This document shows positions 46,587 through 56,643 of a stretch of DNA of 64,000 nt, one piece after another. The translations under genes were made by a program, and so were the position numbers. Within the stretch, counting starts at the first letter, position 1; the number at the start of each line of letters is the position of its first letter. The notes under the pieces are model-generated. The model did not search any database, had not been told where the DNA came from, and worked only from the letters and a program-made list of their open reading frames with translations. This DNA is from Nitrosopumilus sp. (lineage in GTDB: Archaea; Thermoproteota; Nitrososphaeria; Nitrososphaerales; Nitrosopumilaceae), in the NCBI GenBank assembly GCA_024644105.1, contig JAHELP010000001.1:20672-84671 (forward strand), written 5' to 3'.

Positions 46587-48380
46587 ATGGCTGAAGAAAT
46601 AATTGAAGCAGTGGTTGGTCAAACATCTGAATTTGAAAATATTTCTGAATTGATAGCTTCATCAGAAGCATTACAAATTGCCTTTACTATTCTTATAATT
46701 GGGATAATTGGCATTTCTTTGGTTTATCGAGTTTTTTCAAAGTGGGTTTCATCGCAAAAATTCACCTATGTTAAACCTCATTTTTCAAGATTTGTTAGAG
46801 TTGGAGTGTTACCATTCTTTGCAATTATTTTAATCACTAGCATGAATGTATACATTCAATCTTTTGATTTATTTGATAATCCCATAATATCTGATTCTCA
46901 AGATGTACTAACAGATACTCAAGAAAGTTTCACTACACAGATTGATCGTAAAAATTTATCATCAGCTGAAACATTTGCAAAAATTCTCAATACCATCAAT
47001 ATTCTAGTAATAGGCTATTCAATAGCACATCTAATTCCAATTATGATTAGTAAACATGAAAAATCAAATTTGGAAAAAGAGGATTATGAATCTTGGAAAG
47101 AAATGAGAGGATTCCTTGATGACAAAGATGATTTATTTCACAGATGTTTTAAATGGGTTCCACCTAAAAACACGCCAGAAGATATTTCAGATGAGGATTT
47201 TTTAAATAATCTAAAAACAGAAGAAGGGAAAAAATTTCTGGAAGAATTTAGAACAACTAAAGGATTACCAATAGGAAGTTATGAACAACTAGTAAAGAAT
47301 CCATTTGAAGTATGGAAACAATCAGAGAGAGGAAAATATATTGATTATTTTGAAAAATGTATTTCTGGAAATAATCAATCAGGGAAAAAACTTAGACTTG
47401 GACAAGATGAAGAAGAGATCTATCCAATAGATACTTGGAGAGAGGAGAAGAGATTAGAATCATATGAACCAATTATTGCTGGTGGAAGACCACCAGGATA
47501 TGCGACACGAAAGAGAAAAAATCTCCCAAAAACTATTAGTCAAATTCTACCACTAGGAATTTTTGTTGCAGTAATAATTGGTGTTGTTAATTGGTGGGGC
47601 TTTGATCTCTTTGTATTAGCTACTGCTACTGGTGGATTGGCAATTGGTGTAGGATTAGCTTTGCAGGAAACAATGCAGAACTATTTTGCATATATCCTGA
47701 TTAGAAAAGATAAAATTTTTGCTGAAGGTGAGCGTATTAAATTAGATACTGGATATAATGGATATGTACACAAAATTACTCCTAGAGTTACATACATCAG
47801 AGATGCACTCAATGAATCGTTTGCAGTAATCCCTACCAGACAGCTAGTAAATGCACAGATTATCAATTATTCAAAAGAGATCAAAATGGTTCCAGCAATA
47901 GTCCAAGTTGGAGTTTCATATCTCAATGATCCTAAACAAGTTTCTGCAATATTGGTAAAAGTTGGAAAACGTGTAATGAATGAATCAGTTGATAATAAAG
48001 GCAGACATCTTGTTACCCAATTACGTTGTCCATATTTAGAAGAGAATAAGCCTAGTTGTGGATGTGATAAAGATATTCATGTAGACATAAATCAACCAGT
48101 TGTAAGATTCAATAATTTTAATGATTCTTCATTGGATTTTTCTTTGTGGTTGTATGTTAGAGATTATGGTTCTCAGTTTAAAGCTAAAACAGAGATGAGG
48201 ATAATTATGTATGAAGAATTTAAAAAATATGATATCAGAATTCCATGGCCTATTAGAACTGTCTATCAGGGAGATGAAAAACGTGAGCAAGAGGAAATTG
48301 ACAAGCTCACTGAACAAAGAGATGATGTTGTTGATGAATATGGTATAGGCGATATTGGTCGTGGTAGTGGAGAAGAATAG
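46587..48380 (+). CDS. mscS: MscS-family mechanosensitive channel with large insertions
   Basis: GGLAIGVGLALQETMQNYFA, GERI, IINYS, VGVSY, FNDSSLDF, IRIPWP. Confidence 0.9.
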   Translation: MAEEIIEAVVGQTSEFENISELIASSEALQIAFTILIIGIIGISLVYRVFSKWVSSQKFTYVKPHFSRFVRVGVLPFFAIILITSMNVYIQSFDLFDNPIISDSQDVLTDTQESFTTQIDRKNLSSAETFAKILNTINILVIGYSIAHLIPIMISKHEKSNLEKEDYESWKEMRGFLDDKDDLFHRCFKWVPPKNTPEDISDEDFLNNLKTEEGKKFLEEFRTTKGLPIGSYEQLVKNPFEVWKQSERGKYIDYFEKCISGNNQSGKKLRLGQDEEEIYPIDTWREEKRLESYEPIIAGGRPPGYATRKRKNLPKTISQILPLGIFVAVIIGVVNWWGFDLFVLATATGGLAIGVGLALQETMQNYFAYILIRKDKIFAEGERIKLDTGYNGYVHKITPRVTYIRDALNESFAVIPTRQLVNAQIINYSKEIKMVPAIVQVGVSYLNDPKQVSAILVKVGKRVMNESVDNKGRHLVTQLRCPYLEENKPSCGCDKDIHVDINQPVVRFNNFNDSSLDFSLWLYVRDYGSQFKAKTEMRIIMYEEFKKYDIRIPWPIRTVYQGDEKREQEEIDKLTEQRDDVVDEYGIGDIGRGSGEE

Positions 48381-48419
48381 TCTTCTCAAAACTTAAGAAT
48401 CCCATTAAATCACATTTCC

Positions 48420-49301
48420 TTGTTGAGTAAATTATCAGTAATTGCAGGGAAATCATCAGAGGATGTAGCCAAAAAATTGTCTAGAAAGATAAAAGCAAAT
48501 CTTGTGAAATCACAGATTAGAATTTTTGCTGATGGAGAAAGTAAGATTACACTTTATGGAAAAATATCTAAACAAAAATCAATTGTAGTACAATCAATTT
48601 ACCCTCCAGTTGATACAAATCTAATTCAAGCGTTATCACTTATATCAAAAGCTAAAGAAACATCATCTGAAGTAATTGCTGTAATTCCATATATGGGATA
48701 TGCAAGACAAGATAGAGAATTTTTACCAGGGGAGATAATTACAATGAAAGTTCTAGGTAAACTCTTCAAAGGAGCTGGTGCATCAAAAATTATTGCAGTA
48801 GATATCCATAGTATGATAGGATTCAAACATTTCACAATTAAAACAAAGAATGTGTCTGCAATTCCAGATCTTGTACAATATTTCAAGAAATTGAGCCTGA
48901 AAAATCCACTTGTCGTATCCCCAGATCAAGGAGGAAAAGAAAGAGCTCATGAATTTGCTAAAGAATTAGGCTCAGAGTATATTGCATTAGAGAAAAAAAG
49001 GGATAGAAAAACAGGGATAGTTAAGATAAAAACAAAAAATCTTGATGAAGTTGCAAATAGGGATTTAATTTTAGTTGATGATATGATTAGTACCGGAGGA
49101 AGTATAGTTAAAGCTACACAATTTCTTAAAAAACAAAAATGTAAAAAAGTGTATGTAGCATGCACACATGCTTTGTTAATGAATGATGCTGAAAAAAGAA
49201 TTAAAAAAGCTGGAGTAACAAAAATTGTTAGTACAAATACAATTCCAGGTAAAACATCTATTGTAGATATTTCCAATACCATTGCAAAGGCAATTCAATA
49301 A
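48420..49301 (+). CDS. prs: Ribose-phosphate pyrophosphokinase
   Basis: FADGE, PYMGYARQD, VDIHS, VSPDQGG, VDDMISTGGS. Confidence 0.96.
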   Translation: MLSKLSVIAGKSSEDVAKKLSRKIKANLVKSQIRIFADGESKITLYGKISKQKSIVVQSIYPPVDTNLIQALSLISKAKETSSEVIAVIPYMGYARQDREFLPGEIITMKVLGKLFKGAGASKIIAVDIHSMIGFKHFTIKTKNVSAIPDLVQYFKKLSLKNPLVVSPDQGGKERAHEFAKELGSEYIALEKKRDRKTGIVKIKTKNLDEVANRDLILVDDMISTGGSIVKATQFLKKQKCKKVYVACTHALLMNDAEKRIKKAGVTKIVSTNTIPGKTSIVDISNTIAKAIQ

Positions 49302-50248
49302 TGCCAGAAAGTTTTTTTGTCTTATCTAAAGATTATCTTGAACTTGCTATTGATGAAATTACAGCAATTGCAAAAATGTATGATAGGTTTTCTAAAATTA
49401 ACGTAATTTCTAATCTTGTTATAGTACAATCAAAAACAAATTGGAATGAAATTGCAAAAAGAGCAACGTTTGTAAAAATATCTGGTCAAATTTTAAGAAA
49501 AATGTCTGGACTGTTTTTAGATGAAGAAAATATTGGTGTATTAAAAAATGCTAAATCATTTGTTTGTAGAATCGTTAATTTATCATCTAATCAATTCAAT
49601 ATTCCTGAATTGGAAAGCTCTATGGGAGATATGATATCAAAATTCTCGCATGCAAAAGTGAAGTTAGATAATCCAGATATTACAGTATATCTAATTTTTA
49701 CAAATAAAGAGAATTTTTTTGGATTTTCAAAACGAGTCAAAAATCAGATTAGGCCAAAAAAGATCAAGAAGCATCCACATGAATTAGATTGGAAATTAAC
49801 ACGAGTAATGATAAATCTGATAGGGATGAAAAAGGGAGAAACAATCTGTGATCCATTTTGTGGAACAGGTACCACCTTACTTGAAGCTGAATCAATGGGA
49901 ATACATGCCATTGGATTAGATTTTGATGAAAAAATGTGTGAAATTGCTAAAGAAAATCTTGCTGTGAACAAATATCATTCAAAAGTAATCAAATCTGAAT
50001 ATCAAGGATTATCAAAAATATCTGATAAATTTGATGGAATAGTGACTGATTTACCATATGGAGTAGCCTCAAAAACTTCAGAAAAGCCTCAGGAAATACT
50101 CAAGAAGTTTTTCGCTAGTCTTCCTAAAAGAAAAAAAGTAGCAATAATGTACAAAAAAGAATTGGATTTTAATTCAAAGTTGAGCGGATTAAAAAAATAT
50201 CATATCTATAGGCATAAAAGCTTGACAAGAACAATCCTGATTAAATGA
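49301..50248 (+). CDS. THUMP-domain tRNA methyltransferase (Trm11/TrmG10-like)
   Basis: VKLDNPD, DPFCGTGT, TDLPYG, HKSLTR. Confidence 0.85.
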   Translation: MPESFFVLSKDYLELAIDEITAIAKMYDRFSKINVISNLVIVQSKTNWNEIAKRATFVKISGQILRKMSGLFLDEENIGVLKNAKSFVCRIVNLSSNQFNIPELESSMGDMISKFSHAKVKLDNPDITVYLIFTNKENFFGFSKRVKNQIRPKKIKKHPHELDWKLTRVMINLIGMKKGETICDPFCGTGTTLLEAESMGIHAIGLDFDEKMCEIAKENLAVNKYHSKVIKSEYQGLSKISDKFDGIVTDLPYGVASKTSEKPQEILKKFFASLPKRKKVAIMYKKELDFNSKLSGLKKYHIYRHKSLTRTILIK

Positions 50249-51144
50249 AACTTGTATTTTTAGGAACATCTGCAGCTCAACCAACTGAAAATAGAGGATT
50301 ATCATGTATTTGCTTAGAAAGAGATGGAGAGATCTTGATGTTTGATGCCGGTGAATCTGCTCAAATATCATTTATGAAATCAGGTTTAGGTTGGAATAAA
50401 AAAATGAAATTGTTTGTAACCCATATGCACGGTGATCACTGTGTTGGAATCCTGGGATTATTACAAACAATGTCAATGCAAAATAGAACTGAAACCTTGG
50501 AGATTTTTGGACCTAATGGAATTGAGGAATTCATTGCAGCTAATATAAAAATTCTAAATTTTGGATTATCATTTCCAATTTTGATTACAACTATTAAAGA
50601 AGGAAAAATGTTTGAGGATGAAAAATTTACTATATACGTTTGTAAAGCAAATCATTCTATTACAGCATTTTCATATTTGTTTGAAGAAAAAGATAAACCT
50701 GGAAGATTTAATCTAGAAAAAGCAAAACAATTAGGAATTCCAGAGGGGAAGTTATGGAGTGAATTACAAAAAGGTTATGAAATTACAATTAATGATAAAA
50801 AAATAAAACCAGATCAAGTACTAGGAGAAAAACGACCAGGTAAAAAAATTGGAATTTCTGGTGATACTATGCCTACAGAAAGGTTAGAGGAGTTTTTTAA
50901 AAATTGTGATTATCTTGTATTTGATTCAACATTTTTAGAAGAAGAAAAACTAAGAGCACAAGAAACATGTCATTCAACTGCAAAACAAGCTGCAACACTT
51001 GCAAAGAATGCTAATGTTAAAAATTTAATTTTGACACATTTTTCAGCAAGATACAAAGATGAGAGTGAACATTTCAACGAAGCAAAAGAAATTCATAATT
51101 CAGTAATTACAGCCAAAGATCTTTTAGAAGTAGAAATTAAATAA
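50245..51144 (+). CDS. rnz: Ribonuclease Z
   Basis: FLGTS, THMHGDH, exosite GIPEG, SGDT, HST, THFSARY. Confidence 0.95.
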   Translation: MKLVFLGTSAAQPTENRGLSCICLERDGEILMFDAGESAQISFMKSGLGWNKKMKLFVTHMHGDHCVGILGLLQTMSMQNRTETLEIFGPNGIEEFIAANIKILNFGLSFPILITTIKEGKMFEDEKFTIYVCKANHSITAFSYLFEEKDKPGRFNLEKAKQLGIPEGKLWSELQKGYEITINDKKIKPDQVLGEKRPGKKIGISGDTMPTERLEEFFKNCDYLVFDSTFLEEEKLRAQETCHSTAKQAATLAKNANVKNLILTHFSARYKDESEHFNEAKEIHNSVITAKDLLEVEIK

Positions 51145-51145
51145 A

Positions 51146-51874
51146 ATGTTTGAATTAATTGAAGAGCAAATTACAAATTTTAAAAAAATTGTTTTTGTAA
51201 CAGGTGCTGGAATTTCTCAAGAAAGTGGAATTCCTACATTTAGAGGAAAAGATGGGTTATGGAGAAATCATGATGCAATGAAGTTAGCTACAATTGATGC
51301 GTTTTATGACAACCCAAAACTGGTCTGGGAGTGGTATAATGAGCGAAGAATGAATATTTTTCAGGCACAGCCAAATGCAGGTCATAAAGCAATTGCTGAA
51401 CTTGAAAAATATACTCAAGTTGTAGTTTTAACACAAAATATTGATGGATTACACCAAAAATCAGGCAGTTCTAATGTTTTGGAACTTCATGGGAGCATAG
51501 TACAAATCAAATGCACAGTTTGTAATTTTAAAGAGGAAATTTTAGAGGAGTTTTTCGATTTACCACCCATTTGTAAATGTGGGAATATACTTAGACCTGA
51601 TGTAGTATGGTTTGGAGAATCATTACCTCAAGATGTATGGCAAAATGCTATGAATTTTTCAAGCAAATGTGATTTAATGGTTATTGCAGGTACATCACTT
51701 GTAGTATCCCCTGCAAATACACTTCCAATATATGCAAAACAAAACAATGCTACACTAGTAGAAATTAATCCAGAAATTACAGAAATGTCTGGAGAAATGG
51801 ATTTATCAATTAGAAACACTAGTGCTGAAATATTACCACAATTAGTATCATTGTTTAAAAAAAGTTATGACTGA
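51146..51874 (+). CDS. cobB: Sir2-family NAD-dependent deacylase
   Basis: GAGISQESGIPTFRG, TQNIDGLH, HGS, RPDVVWFGE, GTS. Confidence 0.95.
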   Translation: MFELIEEQITNFKKIVFVTGAGISQESGIPTFRGKDGLWRNHDAMKLATIDAFYDNPKLVWEWYNERRMNIFQAQPNAGHKAIAELEKYTQVVVLTQNIDGLHQKSGSSNVLELHGSIVQIKCTVCNFKEEILEEFFDLPPICKCGNILRPDVVWFGESLPQDVWQNAMNFSSKCDLMVIAGTSLVVSPANTLPIYAKQNNATLVEINPEITEMSGEMDLSIRNTSAEILPQLVSLFKKSYD

Positions 51875-52596
51875 GAAAATACACCATTAATTTTAGTATC
51901 TGAACTATCTCCAGGATTATAAACTGAAGAAGTTACAGTTCCATAATCTTCATGTTCTACAACCATATCAATATAATATGGATTTCCAGTTGCATCATTT
52001 ACATTTGTATCAAACATTGAAGTAAAATATGTTCCAGAAAAAATTTCTTTATCGGTAGTTCTGATCACTACCTTAACACTTTTTGTTTTATCACTTGTGT
52101 CAACATATTGTAAAAGAATATTATCATCAGATTGTTGTTTGGTTGATAGCGATAATGTTTCATAGATTATTGGAGTGTTATTTGGAGTATGAATATTATT
52201 TGAAGATTCTTGAATAGATGAGCTGTCTGAACCAGAATTCGAATTTCCTGTAAAAATACTTTGAATTGATTCAATTGGATTAAAATTGAAAAATTCTTCC
52301 TTGATTATTTCTTGAGAAGATTCCTTTACATCTGAAATTTCATTAGCTACTTTATCTCCAGCAGAACTAATTTCATCAGATATTGACTCAGCCGTCTTGT
52401 CTACAATTTTATCAACAGACGAATCAATTCTTTGTTCTACAGCATCTGATGCATCAGTGCCAAAATTACTTACATCATTTTTTAATGAATCAAAGACAGT
52501 TGCAGATGTTGTGGGAAACAAATTATCAATTTCATTTGAAAAAATCATGCCTCCTAGGATTATAATCCCACCAATTATGCCTAGTTTGATGAACAT
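51865..52596 (-). CDS. Membrane-anchored hypothetical protein
   Basis: N-terminal TM, acidic helical linker, beta-rich C-terminus. Confidence 0.7.
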   Translation of the reverse strand: MFIKLGIIGGIIILGGMIFSNEIDNLFPTTSATVFDSLKNDVSNFGTDASDAVEQRIDSSVDKIVDKTAESISDEISSAGDKVANEISDVKESSQEIIKEEFFNFNPIESIQSIFTGNSNSGSDSSSIQESSNNIHTPNNTPIIYETLSLSTKQQSDDNILLQYVDTSDKTKSVKVVIRTTDKEIFSGTYFTSMFDTNVNDATGNPYYIDMVVEHEDYGTVTSSVYNPGDSSDTKINGVFSQS

Positions 52597-52679
52597 ACTA
52601 GATGATTTAAAAAAATAGATTTTAGATTAAAACTAAAAAAAATAGTCAAAAATGAGTGAATTTTCTTAGCTAATCTCCA

Positions 52680-53078
52680 TTAATTTGCAAAAGCTATCCA
52701 ATCAATAATTCCATCAATATTTGATGAAGTCAGAGTTACCTTAATTGGTCCTAATGGAGATTCTTCAGGTTCATCACAGATAGCAATTTTTTCAACAAAT
52801 GCAGCTTGCTTGTTTAAAAAAAACCAAGTTGTATCACCTTCTAAGTTATTTTCCAAATTTCGAGTATAACTTTTTTGAGATTGTGACAAAGTAATTGCTT
52901 CATAAATTTTTTCCAATGATCTTAATTCTTTAGATTGAGCTTTAATTGAAAAATTTTCATTTTTTATTTCTGAGAATGGAAAAATATTTGAAATAGCTTG
53001 CTTTACTTTTTCGGGATTTTCAGATAAATTAACCGGACAAATCATTTCAATTTTACAATTGATGTTCGGTATTTTCAT
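52680..53078 (-). CDS. UPF0201/DUF54 putative RNA-binding protein
   Basis: SENPEKVKQAISNIF, LNKQAA, SPLGPI. Confidence 0.85.
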   Translation of the reverse strand: MKIPNINCKIEMICPVNLSENPEKVKQAISNIFPFSEIKNENFSIKAQSKELRSLEKIYEAITLSQSQKSYTRNLENNLEGDTTWFFLNKQAAFVEKIAICDEPEESPLGPIKVTLTSSNIDGIIDWIAFAN

Positions 53079-53626
53079 TCTACCCAGCTTTGAATAATTT
53101 TAAAAGTTTGATCAATTAATTTTTCTTTTGTTATACCCACATTTGAAATTGCATAATCAGATAGAGCTATTGAATTACTTATTCCAACACCTAATTCTCT
53201 AGTATCTCTTTCCTCAAAGTGCTCTTTTGTTTGTGGATCATCTGATCTTCCTCTTTTTTGCAAAAAATCAAATCTAGTATCAGTGGATGCATGTACAGCT
53301 AATAATTTAACATTCCCAAATTTTTTAAGTACTTGAATTTCATCATTTGATCTAACTCCATCTATTAAAATTACATTTGAATTTGAAGATTCTATTTGTG
53401 ATTTAACTAATTCTGCAATTGCTCCAGGACCATTTTTTTCTCTAAGCTCTAACATTAATTTTCCAAGATTATCTCTTGTAGATTCTAAATTTCTCTTTTT
53501 TGCCTCTTCTCTAACGGCATTTCCCATATTGATAATTTCATATCCTTTAGATTTCAAACCATCTGCAATTGTAGATTTGCCCGCACCAGGCATTCCGGTC
53601 AAACATACAATGAGTTTTGTCAACAT
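53075..53626 (-). CDS. UPF0200 nucleotide-kinase-fold protein (dephospho-CoA kinase-like)
   Basis: GMPGAGKS P-loop, IDGVRS, RGRSDD, RDTREL. Confidence 0.85.
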   Translation of the reverse strand: MLTKLIVCLTGMPGAGKSTIADGLKSKGYEIINMGNAVREEAKKRNLESTRDNLGKLMLELREKNGPGAIAELVKSQIESSNSNVILIDGVRSNDEIQVLKKFGNVKLLAVHASTDTRFDFLQKRGRSDDPQTKEHFEERDTRELGVGISNSIALSDYAISNVGITKEKLIDQTFKIIQSWVE

Positions 53627-53692
53627 ATATCAAAAAAAGAGGTCGTCTATGAAGCTACCGGAAATAATTATAAACATTATTCAAAAAATCTT

Positions 53693-54238
53693 ATGATGCG
53701 TGTTTTTGTAGCAATTGAAATCACAGATAAAATAGTGATTAATTCAATTACAAAATTTCAGGATAAATTAGAAATAGATGCAAAACCTATTGAAGCACAG
53801 AATTTTCATTTTACATTACAATTTTTAGGAGAAGTTTCTAAAGATACCTTAGTTAAAATCAAAGAGGCCTTGCAAACAGTCGAATTTTCAAGTTTTGATA
53901 TTATTCTAAAAGGTGTAGGAGTATTTCCAAAACCCAGATTTCCAAGAGTGATTTGGGTAGGAACGGATGAAAAGGGAGGAGAAATTTTAATTGAACTATC
54001 TAAAAAGATAGTAAAAGTGCTTGAACCCCTAGGATTCTTTCAAGACAAGTCATTCAAACCTCATATCACAGTATTTAGAATTAAAAAGAAGATTGGAGAT
54101 ATATCAAGAGAATTGGAATCTATAAAAATGGAAAATTTTGGAATGCAAAAGATATCAAATATTAAATTGAAAAAAAGTGAACTAACATCAAGTGGACCAA
54201 TTTATTCAGATTTATTGGAGATTTGTGCAATTAAATGA
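53693..54238 (+). CDS. thpR: RNA 2',3'-cyclic phosphodiesterase (2H family)
   Basis: HFTLQFLGE and PHITV 2H motifs, GPIY. Confidence 0.93.
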   Translation: MMRVFVAIEITDKIVINSITKFQDKLEIDAKPIEAQNFHFTLQFLGEVSKDTLVKIKEALQTVEFSSFDIILKGVGVFPKPRFPRVIWVGTDEKGGEILIELSKKIVKVLEPLGFFQDKSFKPHITVFRIKKKIGDISRELESIKMENFGMQKISNIKLKKSELTSSGPIYSDLLEICAIK

Positions 54239-55566
54239 AACAAATAATTTCTAAGGTTTCTAAAACTGTAGTACCTTCAAAAATAGTAGAAAAATCAAAA
54301 CAGAAAATTGCAGAAAAAGCTTTCAGTCTTGTTGAAAAAGAAATTAAGAAATATTCAGAAATTGTAGGATTAGAATTTGGTGGATCATTTGCTAAAGGTA
54401 CTTGGTTATCTAAAGATGCAGATGTTGATATTTTTATTAAATTTAAAAAAAATGTCTCTGAAGAAAAATTTGAGAAAGTTTCTAAAAAAATTGGATTTGA
54501 TTCATTGAAAAAATATTCTCCCTATGTTAGATATTCTCAACACCCTTATGTCGAGGCTAAAATTGGAAATACCAAAATAAATGTTGTACCATGTTATGAT
54601 GTCAAAATTGGAGAATGGAAAAGTGCCGCAGATAGATCTCCATTTCATACGAAATTTATGAAAAAATCATTATCGCCAAAAATGAGAAATGAAGTACGAG
54701 TTCTAAAGACATTTCTAAAATCAAATGGAATTTATGGTGCTGAAATAGCAAAACAAGGATTTAGTGGATATATTTCAGAAGTTTTAATTTTAGAGTTTGG
54801 TAGTTTTCAAAATCTAATAAAATCTGTTTCAAAAATTAAAGAAAATCAAGTGATTGGAAAAACAACTAAAAAATTTGATACATCAATTGTAGTGATTGAT
54901 CCTATAGACAGTAACCGAAATTTAGCCGCTGCAATTTCAGATGAAAATATTGGAAAATTTATTCTTGTTTCTAGAGCAATTAAAGAAAAACCTAGTTTAG
55001 TATTCTTTAAGATTAGAAAGTCAAGAATATCAAATAAATTTTGGAATAATTTGTTGGTTGTAAAATTTAATTTTAAATCAAGAAGTCCAGATATTATTTG
55101 GGGACAAATAAAAAGAACTACTTCCACTTTATCTACTCAGTTAGAATTAGCAGGCTTTACTGTATTGAGGAGTAAATCTCACACAGATCAACTAAAAGAA
55201 GCCTATCTTTTGTTCTTTTTAGAGTCTACAAAAATTAATGAGATCTATTCTAAAAAAGGACCAGAGTTTTTCAGAGAGCACAGTACTCATAGTTTTATTG
55301 CTAAAAATCTTAAAAATGCAGAATTATTATGGGTTGGAAATCAAAGAAAAATAATTTCTTTAGAAAAAAGAAACCACACAGATGCTGTAAGTTTTATGAA
55401 AGAATTTTTGAAGAAAAATCTTCAGATAGGCATACCAAAAGGTCTTCAAAGTGATTTGAAACGAGGTTTTAAAGTGTCAGTAGGAAACAAAGGACTAAGC
55501 AAATCAATTAAAGAGGAAGCGGCAGAATTGATTTCAGTAGATGGCACACTCCTTCATTTCAATTAA
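54235..55566 (+). CDS. cca: Class I CCA-adding enzyme
   Basis: GSFAKGTWL..DADVD, HPYV, SAADRSPFHT, GFSGY, DPID..RNLAAA. Confidence 0.95.
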   Translation: MKQIISKVSKTVVPSKIVEKSKQKIAEKAFSLVEKEIKKYSEIVGLEFGGSFAKGTWLSKDADVDIFIKFKKNVSEEKFEKVSKKIGFDSLKKYSPYVRYSQHPYVEAKIGNTKINVVPCYDVKIGEWKSAADRSPFHTKFMKKSLSPKMRNEVRVLKTFLKSNGIYGAEIAKQGFSGYISEVLILEFGSFQNLIKSVSKIKENQVIGKTTKKFDTSIVVIDPIDSNRNLAAAISDENIGKFILVSRAIKEKPSLVFFKIRKSRISNKFWNNLLVVKFNFKSRSPDIIWGQIKRTTSTLSTQLELAGFTVLRSKSHTDQLKEAYLLFFLESTKINEIYSKKGPEFFREHSTHSFIAKNLKNAELLWVGNQRKIISLEKRNHTDAVSFMKEFLKKNLQIGIPKGLQSDLKRGFKVSVGNKGLSKSIKEEAAELISVDGTLLHFN

Positions 55567-56302
55567 GAAATTTTTAGAAGAACCATACTCAAACATTTTA
55601 GGATATCCAAATGCAACTAATCGTCAAATTAAATCAAGAATTAATGAATTAGAAAAATTAAAAATTAAATCTATTTCTTTAACAGGTCCAACTACTCTTG
55701 GAAATTTAGCAATTCTAGGAAAAGGATACGTTGGTGTTGTGGTGATTGCAAAAAAAGGCAACAAAATGATAGCTCTAAAAATTCGAAGAACAGATTCTCC
55801 AAGAAAGAATATGAAAAATGAAGCAACATTACTAAAATTAGTTAACTCAGTTAAAGTTGGTCCTAAAATGATAGATGCTAGTAAAAATTTCTTAGTTATG
55901 GAATATTTGGATGGAGAGAAATTTAGTGATTGGATTGAGATGTTGAAAGGAGTTGGAAGTGCAAAAAAATTAAAATCTACAATAAAAAGTGTGTTAGAAG
56001 ATTGTTATAGATTAGATCAGATTGGATTTGATCATGGTGAATTGAGTAATATTTCAAAGCATGTTATTGTAGGTAAAACAAAAGCTTCACTAATTGATTT
56101 TGAAAGTTCTAGCACTAAAAGAAGACCATCTAATGTAACATCAATCACTCAAGCCTTTTTTATTGGCTCAGGAATTTCGAAAAAGGCTCAAAAAATTTAC
56201 AAAAATTCATCCAAAGAAAAAATTATTCAAGCACTAAAATTATACAAACAAGAGAAAACTCGCGAAAATTTTGAAAGATTACTCAAAATTCTAAAATTAT
56301 AA
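55541..56302 (+). CDS. Archaeal Ser/Thr kinase-like protein (RIO/Bud32-related)
   Basis: LGKGYVG, ALKIRR, NEA, HGELS, IDFES. Confidence 0.85.
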   Translation: MAHSFISIKKFLEEPYSNILGYPNATNRQIKSRINELEKLKIKSISLTGPTTLGNLAILGKGYVGVVVIAKKGNKMIALKIRRTDSPRKNMKNEATLLKLVNSVKVGPKMIDASKNFLVMEYLDGEKFSDWIEMLKGVGSAKKLKSTIKSVLEDCYRLDQIGFDHGELSNISKHVIVGKTKASLIDFESSSTKRRPSNVTSITQAFFIGSGISKKAQKIYKNSSKEKIIQALKLYKQEKTRENFERLLKILKL

Positions 56303-56376
56303 TGGGATCGGCAGGATTTGAACCTGCGACCACTAGTCCCCCAGACTAGTATCATACCAAGCTAGACTACGATCCC
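56303..56376 (-). tRNA. tRNA-Pro(GGG)
   Basis: GGGATCG/CGATCCC-A acceptor; anticodon arm CTAGT-CTGGGGG-ACTAG; GTTCAAATC T-loop; 74 nt. Confidence 0.93.
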
Positions 56377-56429
56377 TCGTTTCAGAGGCACAAAATGAAA
56401 TTATTAAATCGTCGTATTGATAAACAAAA

Positions 56430-56642
56430 TTGATGAAACTTTGTAATATTTGTCATAAAATTTCTGCTACAGACCAAGATCATCTTGATTGTGTTCAAAG
56501 AAGAAGTATAGAATTAGAAGATGAGAATTTTAAAAATAATATTCCAGAAAAACTAACTCTTTCAAAAAATACTCAGGAATTAGGTGTAGAAGTCAGAGCA
56601 CTTTTAGAACATCTTTCCAAAAGCAAGGACTCAGACGAATAA
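56430..56642 (+). CDS. Small hypothetical protein with CxxC...H..C motif
   Basis: CNICH...DHLDC then helical tail. Confidence 0.6.
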   Translation: MMKLCNICHKISATDQDHLDCVQRRSIELEDENFKNNIPEKLTLSKNTQELGVEVRALLEHLSKSKDSDE

Positions 56643-56643
56643 A

